From Vulcanimicrobiota bacterium (lineage in GTDB: Bacteria > Vulcanimicrobiota > Vulcanimicrobiia > Vulcanimicrobiales > Vulcanimicrobiaceae), in NCBI GenBank assembly GCA_963833095.1, contig CAWHWQ010000003.1:128001-192000 (forward strand): a stretch of 64,000 nt of DNA, read 5' to 3'. Positions 8,935 through 20,665 of the stretch are shown here, piece by piece. A program made the translations under genes and the position numbers. The number at the start of each line of letters is the position of its first letter. The stretch's first letter is position 1. The notes under the pieces are model-generated. The model was not told the DNA's origin and ran no database searches. It saw only the letters and a list, made by a program, of their open reading frames with translations.

Positions 8935-11015
8935 CTATTGTCCGGTGCCGTTGACGATGAGCGTCACCGTCGATCCCGGCGTGAGATTTTCGCCGACCGC
9001 CGGATCCGTGCGAATCACGTGTCCGTTCGCGCCTTCGCTCGTTGTATATTGAATTCTGCCGACCTGGTATCCGTCGCCGGCGAGCGTGTCTTGCGCTTGC
9101 TGTAATGTCTCGCCCTCGGTATCGGGCACCTGACCGTTGACCGAGAGGGTCAAGGTAACGCGTTTCCCGCTCGAAACTTGCGAACCGGGTGGCGGATCCT
9201 GATCGACGATCGTCCCGTTTTTGTCGGACTGCGTCGAAAACGTTATCGCCGGCTGGAATCCTAGCTGTTGCAGCTGCGCAACGGCTTGCACGTATGCGAC
9301 ACCGACGAGCGCGGGGACCGCGACGGCCTGCGCGTTTGTCGCAGGGCCGGTGCTCACGGTTACGTGAATGATTCCTCCACGCTGCATCGCGGTGCCGGGG
9401 AGTACATCCTGCGCCTTAATGACGCCGCTTGCGACGTTGGGATCCGACGCTTGCTGCGATGTGTCGAGGGTGATCCCGAGCTTCGACGCCACCGCCTGCG
9501 CGTCGGTGGCCGCCATGTTGACGAAATTCGGTGCGGCAATCGATTGCGGACCCTTCGACACCGTGAGCGCGATGACGGCGCCCTTACGAGCTTGCGAGCG
9601 CGCTGCCGGGCTCTGGTCGATGACGCTATCCTTGGCCGCGTTATCGAAGCGGTCGGTGCGCTTTACTTTGAAGCCGTCGTACTCGAGCGTGCGCTGAGCG
9701 TCGCTGACATTGTACCCACGCACGTCGGGCAATCCCACCAACGGTAGACCGTTGCTGATGACGAGTTCGACGAGCGCGTTGCGATCAACCTTAGTGCCGG
9801 CTTGCGGGTTTTGACGAATCACCCGGTTGGCGGCCACGGTATCGCTTGCGCTTTTGATGAAGCGTGCGACGAGACCGGCATTGACGACGGCCGCCTCGGC
9901 TTGTGTGTCCGTCATGTTCGTGTAGTCACCGACGGTTACCGACGAAGCAACGCTGGGCAGGCTAAGAGGGTGTCCAAAGATGACGTACCCGATGCCGGTT
10001 GCGGCGACCGCGAGCAGCACGAAGGTAAGAACTAATCCCGCTCCCCAGCGCGAACGCCGCTCTTCTTCTTCGCCCAACGAGCTATAGGCCCGGTCAGGTA
10101 ATGGCGAGCGGCGCGGCGGCAGCACGCTATGCATCATCTGCGTCGGCGCGTCGTCGGCGATGCTGATACGCGGGAACGGTGGGGCGCTCGCGCGCCTCGC
10201 GCAGCGCGGTCGCGAGCTTCACTCGCGGATTGAAAGCGATTCTCCGGACGTCTTTTGCAGGAGTTTGTTCACGATCGCGGCGAGCGCCGGGCTAACGCCG
10301 GAGGTCTCGCGTATCGAGCACGGGTACTGGATCGCCGATGTGTTTGAGCGCGACCGTTACGGGCGATTCCCCTGTATACGGGAGAGCTTGCCGGTGAGCA
10401 TCTGGTAGAGCACGATGCCGACGCTGTAGAGATCGGAACGTCTCGTGCAGTTCGTGACCCTGCGCCTGCTCCGGCGAAATGTAATACACGCTGCCCATCA
10501 CGAGGCCGGGCTTGGTGAGCGCCATCGTCTGCTGCGAAACCGCGCGCGCGATGCCGAAGTCGGAGAGCTTGACGACGTCGTCTTTGGTGACCAGGATGTT
10601 GGCCGGCTTGATATCGCGATGCAGCAGGCCGGCGCGATGCGCGTAAGCAAGGCCGTTGCAGATCTGCGCCGCGTAGTCGATCGCGACCGGTTCGGGCAAC
10701 GGCCCGTCGGCCGCGATGATCTCGGCCAGCGATGGACCGTCGACGAGCTCCATCACGATGTAGTACGTTTCGCCTTCGCGGCCGACGTCGTAGGTGTTGA
10801 CGATGTTGGGGTGCGACAAGCTTGGCGGCCGATTCGGCTTCTTGATAGAAGCGGCGCACGAACTCTTCGTCGGCGGCGTACTGCTCGCGAAGCACCTTGA
10901 TCGCGACGCGGCGGCGCAGCACCGTATCGGTGCCGCAGTAGACCGTCGCCATGCCGCCTTCGCCGAGCTTGCGGTCGAGACGGTAACGATTATTGAAGAT
11001 CTGCTGTTCGATCAG
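8935..11015 (-). CDS. pknB: PASTA-domain Ser/Thr protein kinase (PknB/PrkC-like), frameshifted in this sequence
   Basis: Fragments across frames: LGEGGMATVY, VAIKVL, HPNIV, HRDIKPANIL, DFGIAR, then TM helix and PASTA repeats; start approximate. Confidence 0.88.
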
Positions 11016-11069
11016 TGCGAGTACTCGTTTCTCGTGCCGCAGGTGTTTCCTGCATACACCTGGTCGCTG

Positions 11070-12483
11070 TCAGGTGTAGCGAGCGCGGTTCGAGCACATC
11101 GCGTGCGATCGGCGCGGCGACGTCCGCGCCGTAGCCGGCATTCTCAACGACGATCGCAACGCGAAGCGCGGATGGTCCGCCGGCGCGAAACACGACGAAC
11201 CACGAGTGCGCGGGTCCGAGCGGATTGGTTGCGGTTCCGGTCTTGCCGGCAACGTTGCACGCGCGAGATCTGTGCGGTCGTCCCGGTACCACGCTGTACG
11301 ACGGCGATCATCATCTTCGTCACGTTCGCGGCGGTTCGCGCCGAAATCGGCGATTGCGAGCGTTGCCCGGAGGCGTAGACGCTCGCCACGCTGCCGTCGC
11401 GCACGATCTGGCGCACGATGTACGGTCGCGGCATCGTGCCGTCATTTGCGATGGTCGCGTCGATCAGGGCCATCTGCAGCGGCGTCACAGCAGCGCGCCC
11501 TGCCCAAAGCCCATTTGCGCGAGCTCGCCGGGCACGATCGTGTCTTTGGGAGGAACGCGGTCGGGCTCGGCCGGCAGCTGGAAGTCCAGCGGTTCGCCGA
11601 TGCCCCAGCGCTCGAGATAGTCGTAGAATGTGATCGACGCCCATCTTCAGCGCGATCTGCGCGAAGTCGACGTTGCTCGAAAGCGCGAATGCGCCGGTGA
11701 GATCGGCATAGCCGGTAGCTTCGCTCTCGTTATTGTGCAGCGTGAAGTTGCCGATGTGAAAATAGCCGGGATCTTCGAAGTGCGAATCCATCGTGACGGT
11801 GCCGGCTTCGAGCGCCGAACCGGCCGTAAAGATTTGAAGCGTCGAACCCGGTGGATAGAGTCCGTCGAGCGCGCGATCGAGCAGCGGGCTCTGCCGGTCG
11901 GCGACTGAGCGACTGGAATTTCGCATCGAGCTCGTTGGGGTCGTAGCTGGGCACGCTGGCAATCGCCGAGCACGGCGCCCGTGCGCGGATCGAGCACGAC
12001 GCCGGCGCCGCGCGCATGTTGCGAGAGCTGATCCGCACAGCGTTCGTTCTGATCGCCGGCACGATCGTGGTAACCACGTCGGCGCCATGCGACTGCAGAG
12101 CGGCTTTCCGTCAAACGCACTGAGAATCTCATCGAACTGCGTGACCGGATCGCCGGTGGTGTCGGCCGGCGTGAGCGCGCGGTCGTAGGCGTCTTCGATG
12201 CCGCTCGTGCCGTAACGCGCGGAGACATACCCGACAGTCTGCGCGAGCGCGGGGCCAAGTGGATAGCCGCGCTTGCCCGTCGACGGTTTGCGCGAGCACC
12301 GACCCGTCGGTCGCGAGAATCCGCCCGCGGTGGCGTCGAGCAAGCGCGTGGCGCGGGATTATCGGGCTTCGACGGCGATGTCGGCGCCGGCGACGAGCAT
12401 GCACGTATGCCTGCGCGGATGCGAGAATCGCGAACAAGCATACGAAAAACATCGCACAGCCGTCCGATCGCGCGATTGGTCAC
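11070..12483 (-). CDS. Class B penicillin-binding protein (PbpA-like), frameshifted
   Basis: RGRILATDG, GTSGIEDAYD, LYPPGST, SSN, TPLQMA, AGKTGTA, HSWF spread over several frames. Confidence 0.85.
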
Positions 12484-13219
12484 CGCTCGCGCAGAACCGT
12501 GAATCCGCCGCCGGAACTGCACGGCGATATGGGCCGGCCCGGCATCGGCAGCAAGCAGCACGTTGATCATCGCGTGCGCCGTTTCCTCGGCGATCTCGCC
12601 GGCTGCGAGGACGACTTCGACGCTCATTTCGCTCGAGGAGCGGCGGCGCGACGTACGCGCACGAGGGTAGCGTTTCGAAATGCCGTTCTTCGTAGGGGCC
12701 GTTGCGCCACGGGCCGCGTTTTCCGAAGACCTGCGCGTGATAATCCCACGCGCAGAGCTGCTTCTCTTTCCACACGAATTCGTCGCGCACGCATAATCGG
12801 CGGCACACGGCGCATTGCACGATCGGTCCCGGCGGATGCGCGAGACCGTCGGCGATTTCTTCGGGTACGTCCTCGATGTTGAGGACGCGCTTCAGTCCGA
12901 GAGTGCTTCGGGCAGTCAGCGTCCCACTGAACGCGCGCGAGCAATTCGATGTCGCGCATCGGACGCGACGAATGCTCGCTCGTCTTCAGGGGGAAAGGTG
13001 CGATCGACCCAATCGAAGAGGCCTGCCAGCGCAATGCCGACGTTCTGCCAGGTCTCGCCGATCACCACGCCGACCGGCGTCCACGCGAGCGGAACGAGAC
13101 GCGCGGTGATGGCTCCGCCTTCGGTACGAAAACTGTTGATGAACGCCAAGCGTGCTGCCGTTACCGCCCAGCACGAAGACGCGCGGCTCGTCGCTCGAGC
13201 TCGAGGATTCGATCGTCAC
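12480..13219 (-). CDS. Hypothetical protein with Cys zinc-finger-like motif, frameshifted
   Basis: Contiguous fragments fill the carB-pbp gap with GTGA overlaps at both ends; CAVC...CAWDYH motif; boundaries inferred. Confidence 0.55.
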
Positions 13220-16200
13220 TGCCGCGCTGCGATACTCTTGCAGACTCCGAGGCGGCCCCGCCGTGCTTGCGAGTGCCTCCGCGAGGGCCCGGGCCGTATC
13301 CAGACTGGTCAAACACGCAATACTCGCTTCGACCGCGGCGCGGCGAATCTTGTAGTTATCGGAGATTTCCCGCGGCCCTTGGGCATCGTTGATGACCAGG
13401 TCGACACTGCGCTGTCGCGATCACGTCGAGCACGTGCGGCGAACCATCGGCGATTTTGTTGATCGCTTCGCACACGATGCCCGCTGCTTCGAGCACAGTG
13501 CGCGTTCCGGGCGTTGCGACGATCGTGAATCCGAGATCCGCGTAACGACGCAGCACGGGAACCGCCGCCTCCTTCTCCTCGTCGGCAATCGAGACAAGGA
13601 TGCGGCCGCCCGTGCCCGGCAGGCGTACGCCGGCACCGACGAAGCCCTTACGCAAAGCGCCCGCAAAGGTGTCATCGATCCCAAGCACTTCGCCGGTAGA
13701 TTTCATCTCCGGTCCAAGGATCGTTTCGACGCCGCGCATCTTCGAGAACGAAAATACCGGAACTTTGACGACGACGTAAGGCGTGCGCGGATGAAGCCCG
13801 ATGCCGTACTCCATATCGCGCAACCGTTCGCCGAGCGCGATGCGGGTCGCCGCGGCGACGATATTGACGCCCGTGGCCTTCTGAATGATCGGCACGGTTC
13901 GGCTCGCGCGCGGATTGGCCTCGATGATGTAGAGGTCGCCTTCGTGGACCACGAATTGAATGTTGATCAGTCCACGGATTTCCGAGCTCGCGAGCGATCG
14001 CGGTGGTGACGTCGACGATACGCCGTTCCATAGCCTCGTCGATGGTTTGCGTCGGGTAGACACTAATCGAATCGCCTGAGTGAATGCCGGCCCGTTCGAT
14101 GTGTTCGAAGATGCCCGGGATCAGAATGTCCTCGCCGTCGAACACGGCGTCGACCTCTACCTCCAGACCGCGCAGATACTTATCGACCAGCAATGGAGCG
14201 CCGGGCAGAATCGGCGGCGCCGACTCGGCATATGAGGCGAGCTGGCCTTCATTATAAATGATCTCCATCGCGCGCCCACCCAACACGAAGCTTGGGCGCA
14301 CGAGCACGGGAAATCCGAGCTCGCGCGCAAAAGCGCGCGCTTCGCGGAAGCTCGTGGCAGCCTTGCCCTCGGGCCGGGCCACCCCAAGACGCGAGAGCGC
14401 CGCATCGAACTGCGCGCGGTCCTCGGCCATATCAAGGCTCGCGCGATCGCTGCCGATGATCCGCACGCCGCGCGCCTCGAGCTCGTTGGCAAGATTGATC
14501 GCGGTCTGCCCGCCGAAAGCGAGCATAACACCGCCTGCGTGGGTTGCGCGGTACGCAGCTTCGACCTCGTCGGCACCCGGCGGCTCGAATATCAGCGCAT
14601 CCGAGACGTCAAAGTCGGTCGACACGGTTTCGGGATTATTGTTGACGATGACCGCGGATTTGCCGGCCGCGCGCAGCGCCCACGCCGCATGCACGCAGCT
14701 ATAGTCGAACTCGATGCCCTGGCCGATGCGAATCGGCCCGCTGCCGACGACGACCACGGCCTCGCACGGCGTCGGGCGCATCTCATTCATCTCGCCGCGC
14801 GAGAGATAATAGTAGGGCGAACGCGCGGGAAATTCCGCCGCTGCCGTATCCACCATCCGAAAACTTGGTTCGAGCTGACCAGGGCGAGCGAGCGGAGCGA
14901 GCTGCTCGTCGTCGACGATGTCGGCAAATTGGTAGAGCCAAAAACGATCGATCGCCGAGTTGGCGTGAATTCGCTCGACGCATGCATCCCGTCCGGCGGT
15001 CCCCGCTCGGCGAATGAGTTCGGCGACCGCGAAGAGCCGCTCGTGTGTGGGCCGCGCGACGATCGCCTCGAGTTCGCCGTCAGTCCATTCTTCGTACTCA
15101 CCCCCCGTGAGGCGTTCGCGCTTGACGTCGAGTCCGCGCACGGCCTTCATCAACGCGTCCCGAAACGTTCGGCCGATACCCATGGCCTCGCCAGTCGATT
15201 TCATCTGCGTGCCCAGCAGCGTATCGGCGAGCGGAAACTTGTCGAACGGCCAGCGCGGGATCTTGACGACGCAATAGTCGAGCGTTGGCTCGTAGGCCGC
15301 CTTAGTTACGCCGGTGACGGGATTGGGAATCTCGTCGAGCGTCTGACCCAGCGCAATGCGCGTCGAGATCTTTGCAATCGGGTATCCCGTCGCTTTAGAA
15401 GCGAGCGCGGAACTGCGCGAGACGCGCGGGTTGACCTCGATGATGGCGTACTCATTGCTCGTGGGGTGGAGCGCGAATTGAATGTTACAGCCGCCCTGCA
15501 CGTTGAGCGAACGAATGACGTTGAGCGATGCGCTACGCAGCATCTGATAATCGAGATCCGAGAGCGTCTGCGACGGCGCGACGACGATCGAGTCGCCGGT
15601 GTGCACGCCCACCGGATCGATATTTTCCATGTTGCAGACGATGATGCAATTGTCTGCGCCGTCGCGCAGGACTTCGTACTCGATCTCTTTCCAGCCCAGG
15701 AGGGAGGTTTCGAGGAGCGCCTGATGGATCAGCGAGGCATTCAGTCCGGCATCGAGCCGTTCGCGCAGCTCGGCTTCGTTGTACACGACACCGCCGCCGG
15801 TGCCGCCGAGCGTATATGCCGGGCGCACGACCAACGGATAGCCGGAATTAGCCGCAAACGCAAGGCCCTGCTCGACTTCGGTAACGATCACGGATTCCGC
15901 AACCGGCTCGCCGATCTCCAGCATTTTCGCCTTGAATCGCTCGCGGTCTTCGGCCAGTTTGATGGTGTCGACCGGTGTGCCGAGCAATTCAACGCCGTAC
16001 CGCTCCAGAACGCCCGCATCGTCGAGTTCGACGGCAAGATTCAAGCCGGTCTGCCCGCCTAGGGTGGGCAAGAGCGCATCGGGGCGTTCGCGCGCAATGA
16101 TCGCTTCCACCGACGCGACGGTCAACGGCTCAAGGTAGACTGCGTCGGCGACCTCGGGATCGGTCATAATCGTCGCGGGATTGGAGTTGACGAGGACGAC

Positions 16201-16317
16201 GCGGTGGCCTTCCTCACGCAGCGCGCGGCACGCTTGAACGCCGGCATAGTCGAATTCCGCAGCCTGACCGATCACGATCGGACCGGAGCCAATCACGAGG
16301 ATGTTGCGGCGGGGCAT
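13216..16317 (-). CDS. carB: Carbamoyl-phosphate synthase large subunit, frameshifted near 13990 and 13410
   Basis: [15 protein letters not shown], two ATP-grasp halves, [12 protein letters not shown] domain (TSLDTARA). Confidence 0.96.
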
Positions 16318-16442
16318 GCTGGGGAGAGGGGATTGGCGGAAGGACGGGCGAGTCCTCGACGATGGAAGTCGCAGGAGCCGCACGATGCGGCCGAACGTTC
16401 AGAGCACACGATGCGCGATCGGCCAAAGGCCGACTGAACCGT
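16318..16442. other. Multi-hairpin structured intergenic region (carB leader)
   Basis: Hairpins tcggcc/ggccga, gccgca/tgcggc, gttcag/ctgaac; ACGATG occurs three times on +. Confidence 0.45.
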
Positions 16443-17084
16443 CTAAGGTTGTAAACGAAGTACCGTCCAACCCGTCGCGCCCGCGCGTTTATACGCGAGA
16501 CGATCGTGCAGTCGATTGGCCTGGCCTTGCCAGAATTCCGCATAGCTGGGTGAAAGCACGTAGCCTCCCCACGAGTGCGGTCGCGGGACGTCCTCGCCCG
16601 CAAAGCGCTCCTTGAAGTGCTCCATGCGTTCGGCAAGGATCTCACGGCGTTCGAGTGGGGCGCTTTGCTCGGATGCCCAGGCGGAAAGCTGGTGTCCGCG
16701 TGGCCGCGACGCGAAATATGCGTCAGATTCGTCCTCGGAGAGCTGCGCAACCAATCCTTCGACACGCACTTGCCGGTGCAGCGGTCCCCAGAAGAACGTC
16801 GCGGCAGCGCGCGGATTGGCTTCGAGCTGCACCGCCTTGCGGCTGAAATAGGAGGTGTAAAACTGAAGGCCGCGTTTGTCCAATCCTCGCAGGAGCACGA
16901 TGCGGGCGCTTATTGAACCTTCCGCGTCGACACTCGCGAGTGTCATCGCATTGGGTTCGCGAATCTCCGTGCACGCGTAGGCATCATCGAGCCAGCGTCG
17001 CAACTGCTCGATCGGATTTGGGGCGAGCGCTTCTTCTAGAAAAGGCGGACTCGAGTACACATCGCGACTGCTTTCGATACTCAC
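16443..17084 (-). CDS. pdxH: Pyridoxamine 5'-phosphate oxidase
   Basis: EPNAMTLAS, RIVLLR, RQVRVEG, EFWQGQANRLHDR. Confidence 0.96.
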   Translation of the reverse strand: MSIESSRDVYSSPPFLEEALAPNPIEQLRRWLDDAYACTEIREPNAMTLASVDAEGSISARIVLLRGLDKRGLQFYTSYFSRKAVQLEANPRAAATFFWGPLHRQVRVEGLVAQLSEDESDAYFASRPRGHQLSAWASEQSAPLERREILAERMEHFKERFAGEDVPRPHSWGGYVLSPSYAEFWQGQANRLHDRLAYKRAGATGWTVLRLQP

Positions 17085-17995
17085 GGAATTCTCCCAACGG
17101 ACAGGCCGGTCAGCATCGCAATCACCAAAAGCGCCGCGCCGCCGAGAACGAAACCGAATGCCGCTGCGACGGGCTTGCGCTCGATTGTCGTCTCGCGTCC
17201 GAGCCGGGCGAGCGCATCGCGCAGCTGGGTCGCGTTTTCGGCGCGAGCGTATGCGCCACCGGTGACTTGCGCGTACGACTCGAGCGCGCCTTCATCGATC
17301 GACGACTGTTCTCCACCGATCACGTCGCCGTTCGCCGTCCCGATTCCGATCGTGTAAATCGGCACATGATGTGCGGCAAAATACTGCGCCATGTCTTGCG
17401 GATCGACACCAGTGTTGTTTACGCCGTCCGTAATCAGCACGACGACGCGATGACCGCTTGGCGGGAACTGTGATGCGGCCAGTTGCAGCGCATCCCCGAT
17501 TGCGGTGGCCCCGTTGGGCGCCGGAATCTGATCGACCGCGCCGAGAATGGTTTCTTTGTTTGACGTGAGCGGAGCGATCAACTCGGCCGCGCCCGAGAAG
17601 GTGATGAGCCCGATCTTGATTCCGGCCGGCGCTTGTTGAATGAAGGCGCGCGCTGCGTTCTGCGCTGCGCCGGCGCGCGTGGGCGCGACATCGGTCGAGG
17701 CCATAGACCCGGACGTATCGATGCAGATAAAGACGCTTCCGTCGACAACCGGAACGGGCAGTTGCAGATGCGGACCCGCAAGGCCGATCACGAGAGCGCA
17801 AAGGGCGACGATCCATGCACCGCGCAGGACCGCAGTAATCCAGGTTCTTGGCGCAAGCGCTCGCTCGAGAAAGGCGAGGTTCGAATACAACAAGGCCTGC
17901 GCGTCTGCCCGTGAAACGGCGCGTTGATATAGGAGCGTGAGCAGAGCCGTTCCAAGAGCACCGGCAACAAGGACCCACGGCGCGTCAAAACTCAT
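17081..17995 (-). CDS. VWA domain membrane protein (BatA-like)
   Basis: MIDAS DTSGSM, TAIGDAL, LITDG; N- and C-terminal TM helices. Confidence 0.9.
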   Translation of the reverse strand: MSFDAPWVLVAGALGTALLTLLYQRAVSRADAQALLYSNLAFLERALAPRTWITAVLRGAWIVALCALVIGLAGPHLQLPVPVVDGSVFICIDTSGSMASTDVAPTRAGAAQNAARAFIQQAPAGIKIGLITFSGAAELIAPLTSNKETILGAVDQIPAPNGATAIGDALQLAASQFPPSGHRVVVLITDGVNNTGVDPQDMAQYFAAHHVPIYTIGIGTANGDVIGGEQSSIDEGALESYAQVTGGAYARAENATQLRDALARLGRETTIERKPVAAAFGFVLGGAALLVIAMLTGLSVGRIP

Positions 17996-18774
17996 TGCGC
18001 CACGCCGAACGCCGCACGCAACGAAGCCGCTCCGTCCGCCTCGCAAAGTATTCCGGTTCTCCAACCTGCCTGCGAAAAGCGTGCGATGAGCTCATCTTCT
18101 CGCGTGCGAACGGCGCGCGCAAACGTCTCCCGCTCGCGTCTCCCGATATAGGCACGAAGCTGGCCGCCCTCGGCGCCGGCAAAGCGCACCATGCCGCCAA
18201 GCGGTAAACCAGCGTACCATGGATCGCGACCGATCAGCGCCGTGCAATCGCACCACGCGGCCAAGCTTTCCAAAAGATCGACATGGTGCGCAGTGAGGTC
18301 GTACCAATCACCGATGGCCAGCAGTGCGCTTCCGCGGCGCAGCGCGGTCCGTGCTGTTCGCAGCGCGCTCGCAGATTCGAACGGCGTCGTGACCGGCGCA
18401 TGCGCCGGTCCCAGATAATCACTTCCAATGCGCAGTAGCCGGTCGCCGCTGCGCGCGGCTCCAAACCAAGCCTGCGCGGCTTCTTGGGCGGCGTCGACCA
18501 AGCGACGCGATCGCCCTACGTGCATGGAGCGCGTATCGTCGAGCATGACGGCGAGCGTCAGCGCGACGTCCTCGAGGACGACGCGCGTTTGCAGTTCGCC
18601 GGCCCGCGCCGTGGCCGCCCAGTCGATGCGCCGCACATCGTCACCGGGAACGTATTCGCGCAATTCGATGAACTCATAGCCGTCGCCGCGGTACATCGTT
18701 GGTGAACCTGCGCCAAAGCGCCGCGGACGCCGCTTTCCGCGCAGCAACGCATCCCGTAAGGTGACGGCCGGCAT
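17992..18774 (-). CDS. DUF58 domain protein
   Basis: EFIELREYVPGDDVRRIDWAATAR. Confidence 0.92.
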   Translation of the reverse strand: MPAVTLRDALLRGKRRPRRFGAGSPTMYRGDGYEFIELREYVPGDDVRRIDWAATARAGELQTRVVLEDVALTLAVMLDDTRSMHVGRSRRLVDAAQEAAQAWFGAARSGDRLLRIGSDYLGPAHAPVTTPFESASALRTARTALRRGSALLAIGDWYDLTAHHVDLLESLAAWCDCTALIGRDPWYAGLPLGGMVRFAGAEGGQLRAYIGRRERETFARAVRTREDELIARFSQAGWRTGILCEADGAASLRAAFGVAQ

Positions 18775-19706
18775 TAAGGAACGGGAACTTTCGCGATCAA
18801 TTGTTCGAGCACGCGTGATGGGCCGCCCTCAGCGGTCACGCGGAAATTGAAGCCGATGCGATGGCGTAGCGCAAGCGGCGCCACGCCGCGAACGTCGTCG
18901 GGAACGGCGTAGTCGCGCCGCTCGAGCAAGGCTTTCGCGCGCGCCAGATTGGCGATTGCGAGCGTCGCGCGCGGGCTTGCGCCGTAATCGATAGCGACAT
19001 GTTGCGCTTCGCGAGTGACGACGACTAGCTCCACGATATAGCGCTTGAGCGCGTCGTCGAGATGCACTCTGTGGGCTTGCGCGCACCACTCCCGCACCTC
19101 ATCGAGCGTCGCGACCGGTGTAATGACCGGAGCATCGGCAATCGCGAAGCGTTCGAGAATTGCTAGCTCGTCGCTGGGCGACGGGTAGCCGACGTCGACC
19201 TTGAGCAGAAAGCGATCCATCTGCGCGACGGGAAGGGCATATGTTCCTTCGGAATCGAGCGGATTCATCGTCGCCATCACGATGAACGGATCGGGCAGCG
19301 GGTGCGTCTGCGGACCGATCGTCACCTGGCGCTCCTGCATCGCTTCAAGCAGTGCGGATTGCACCTTCGCCGGCGCGCGGTTGATCTCATCGGCGAGGAC
19401 GACGTTGGCGAAGATCGGTCCGCGCACCGTCGCGAACGCGCTCTCGCGCTGGTCGAAGATTCGCGTTCCCACGATGTCGCTGGGCAACAGATCGGGCGTG
19501 AATTGAATCCGCTTGAACTCGCCGTGCAACGCATCGGCGAGGCTGCGGCAGGCAAGGGTCTTGGCGAGTCCCGGCGGTCCCTCCAGCAACACGTGCCCGC
19601 TGCACAACAACCCCAAGAGTAAACCTTCGATCACGCTCTCTTGACCGACGATAACGCGCTCGAGGGCACGCGCGACGATCGCAGGTCCCGATCCGATGGT
19701 GCTCAT
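18774..19706 (-). CDS. moxR: MoxR family AAA+ ATPase
   Basis: LLEGPPGLAKT, RIQFTPDLLPSD, DEINRAPAKVQSALLEAM. Confidence 0.96.
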   Translation of the reverse strand: MSTIGSGPAIVARALERVIVGQESVIEGLLLGLLCSGHVLLEGPPGLAKTLACRSLADALHGEFKRIQFTPDLLPSDIVGTRIFDQRESAFATVRGPIFANVVLADEINRAPAKVQSALLEAMQERQVTIGPQTHPLPDPFIVMATMNPLDSEGTYALPVAQMDRFLLKVDVGYPSPSDELAILERFAIADAPVITPVATLDEVREWCAQAHRVHLDDALKRYIVELVVVTREAQHVAIDYGASPRATLAIANLARAKALLERRDYAVPDDVRGVAPLALRHRIGFNFRVTAEGGPSRVLEQLIAKVPVP

Positions 19707-20665
19707 CGCGTCATGCGCTCCAATTGGGCGATCGCTGCCGCCACGGCCACGTTGAGGTCAGCGTCATACGTGAACCCGGCACGCTCGAGTGCGCGTAAGA
19801 GATCGCGTAGATTTGGATCCGTGGCGAGCGGCCTTTGCAGCACGTCCGCTAGCGTCTCGGCGTCGTTCGCGCCAACCATTCGCCGCACGATGCTCCGCGC
19901 CCGCATCGCGCCGGCCCGCGTGCGCTCGCGCCGCAGCGTCTCAAGGGCTTCACGCAACTCATCCTTCGGATCGCGCAGCACCGGTCTTGCCGGAGCAAGC
20001 GTCACGACCGGCGCAGGCGGCGACGGGCGACGTCGAATCAGCGCAACGACGAGGAACACGACGCCGGCGATCCCGACGAGCATGAGGCCAAGGCGCAGCA
20101 GCGCCTGCGCGAGGGCGCGAATCCCTTGCCACGCATCACCGGCTGCAACGATGGCGGCGCCGGGGCCCGCAACGTGGACGGTAAGGGAATTCGAAAAGTA
20201 TCGCTTGGGCTTGCCGTCACGCGCATCGACGGCATCGAGCGTTACCGGCGCAATCGTAATTGCGCCCGAGTGATGCGCGACCACGGTAATCGTCTCGCGG
20301 TACGTGGTCCCGCCGCCCTGCGGCACGAGGGTGTGCTCGTCGCCAAGCAGCTCGAGTTCGGCTAGGATCGGCAGATCGAGATTATCGAGTTCGGCGATGC
20401 GCTGGCGCACGTGCGCCGTGACGATCAAGTGAAACGGCGCTTCAATGTGCGGCGTCGCCGTATCACTTGCCAGCGTCAACTGCGTCACGGTCAACCGCTG
20501 TAAACTCTGCGCACTCGCGGTCGTTGGGAATAATATCGCCACGATACCGGCCAGCAGGAGGCTGGTGAAGCTTCGGAGCGCAGGAGGCGCGAGCGGCCGT
20601 GGGCCGGCCGAAGCATCTCGGTCGGCCGAACCCTCTAGCGAACGGATGGAAGTGTTGAAAGCCAT
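19703..20665 (-). CDS. BatD-like membrane-anchored protein (true start probably about 100 nt downstream of the ORF start)
   Basis: Signal peptide, Ig-like beta region (GAITIAPVTL), TM helix; adjacent to moxR. Confidence 0.6.
   Translation of the reverse strand: MAFNTSIRSLEGSADRDASAGPRPLAPPALRSFTSLLLAGIVAILFPTTASAQSLQRLTVTQLTLASDTATPHIEAPFHLIVTAHVRQRIAELDNLDLPILAELELLGDEHTLVPQGGGTTYRETITVVAHHSGAITIAPVTLDAVDARDGKPKRYFSNSLTVHVAGPGAAIVAAGDAWQGIRALAQALLRLGLMLVGIAGVVFLVVALIRRRPSPPAPVVTLAPARPVLRDPKDELREALETLRRERTRAGAMRARSIVRRMVGANDAETLADVLQRPLATDPNLRDLLRALERAGFTYDADLNVAVAAAIAQLERMTR

Noticed and set aside
14539..16062. Long antisense ORFs (507 aa here; also 42263..43384, 31291..31989 and others)
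   Set aside because: Shadow frames of well-conserved genes, expected in GC-rich DNA; no recognisable motifs
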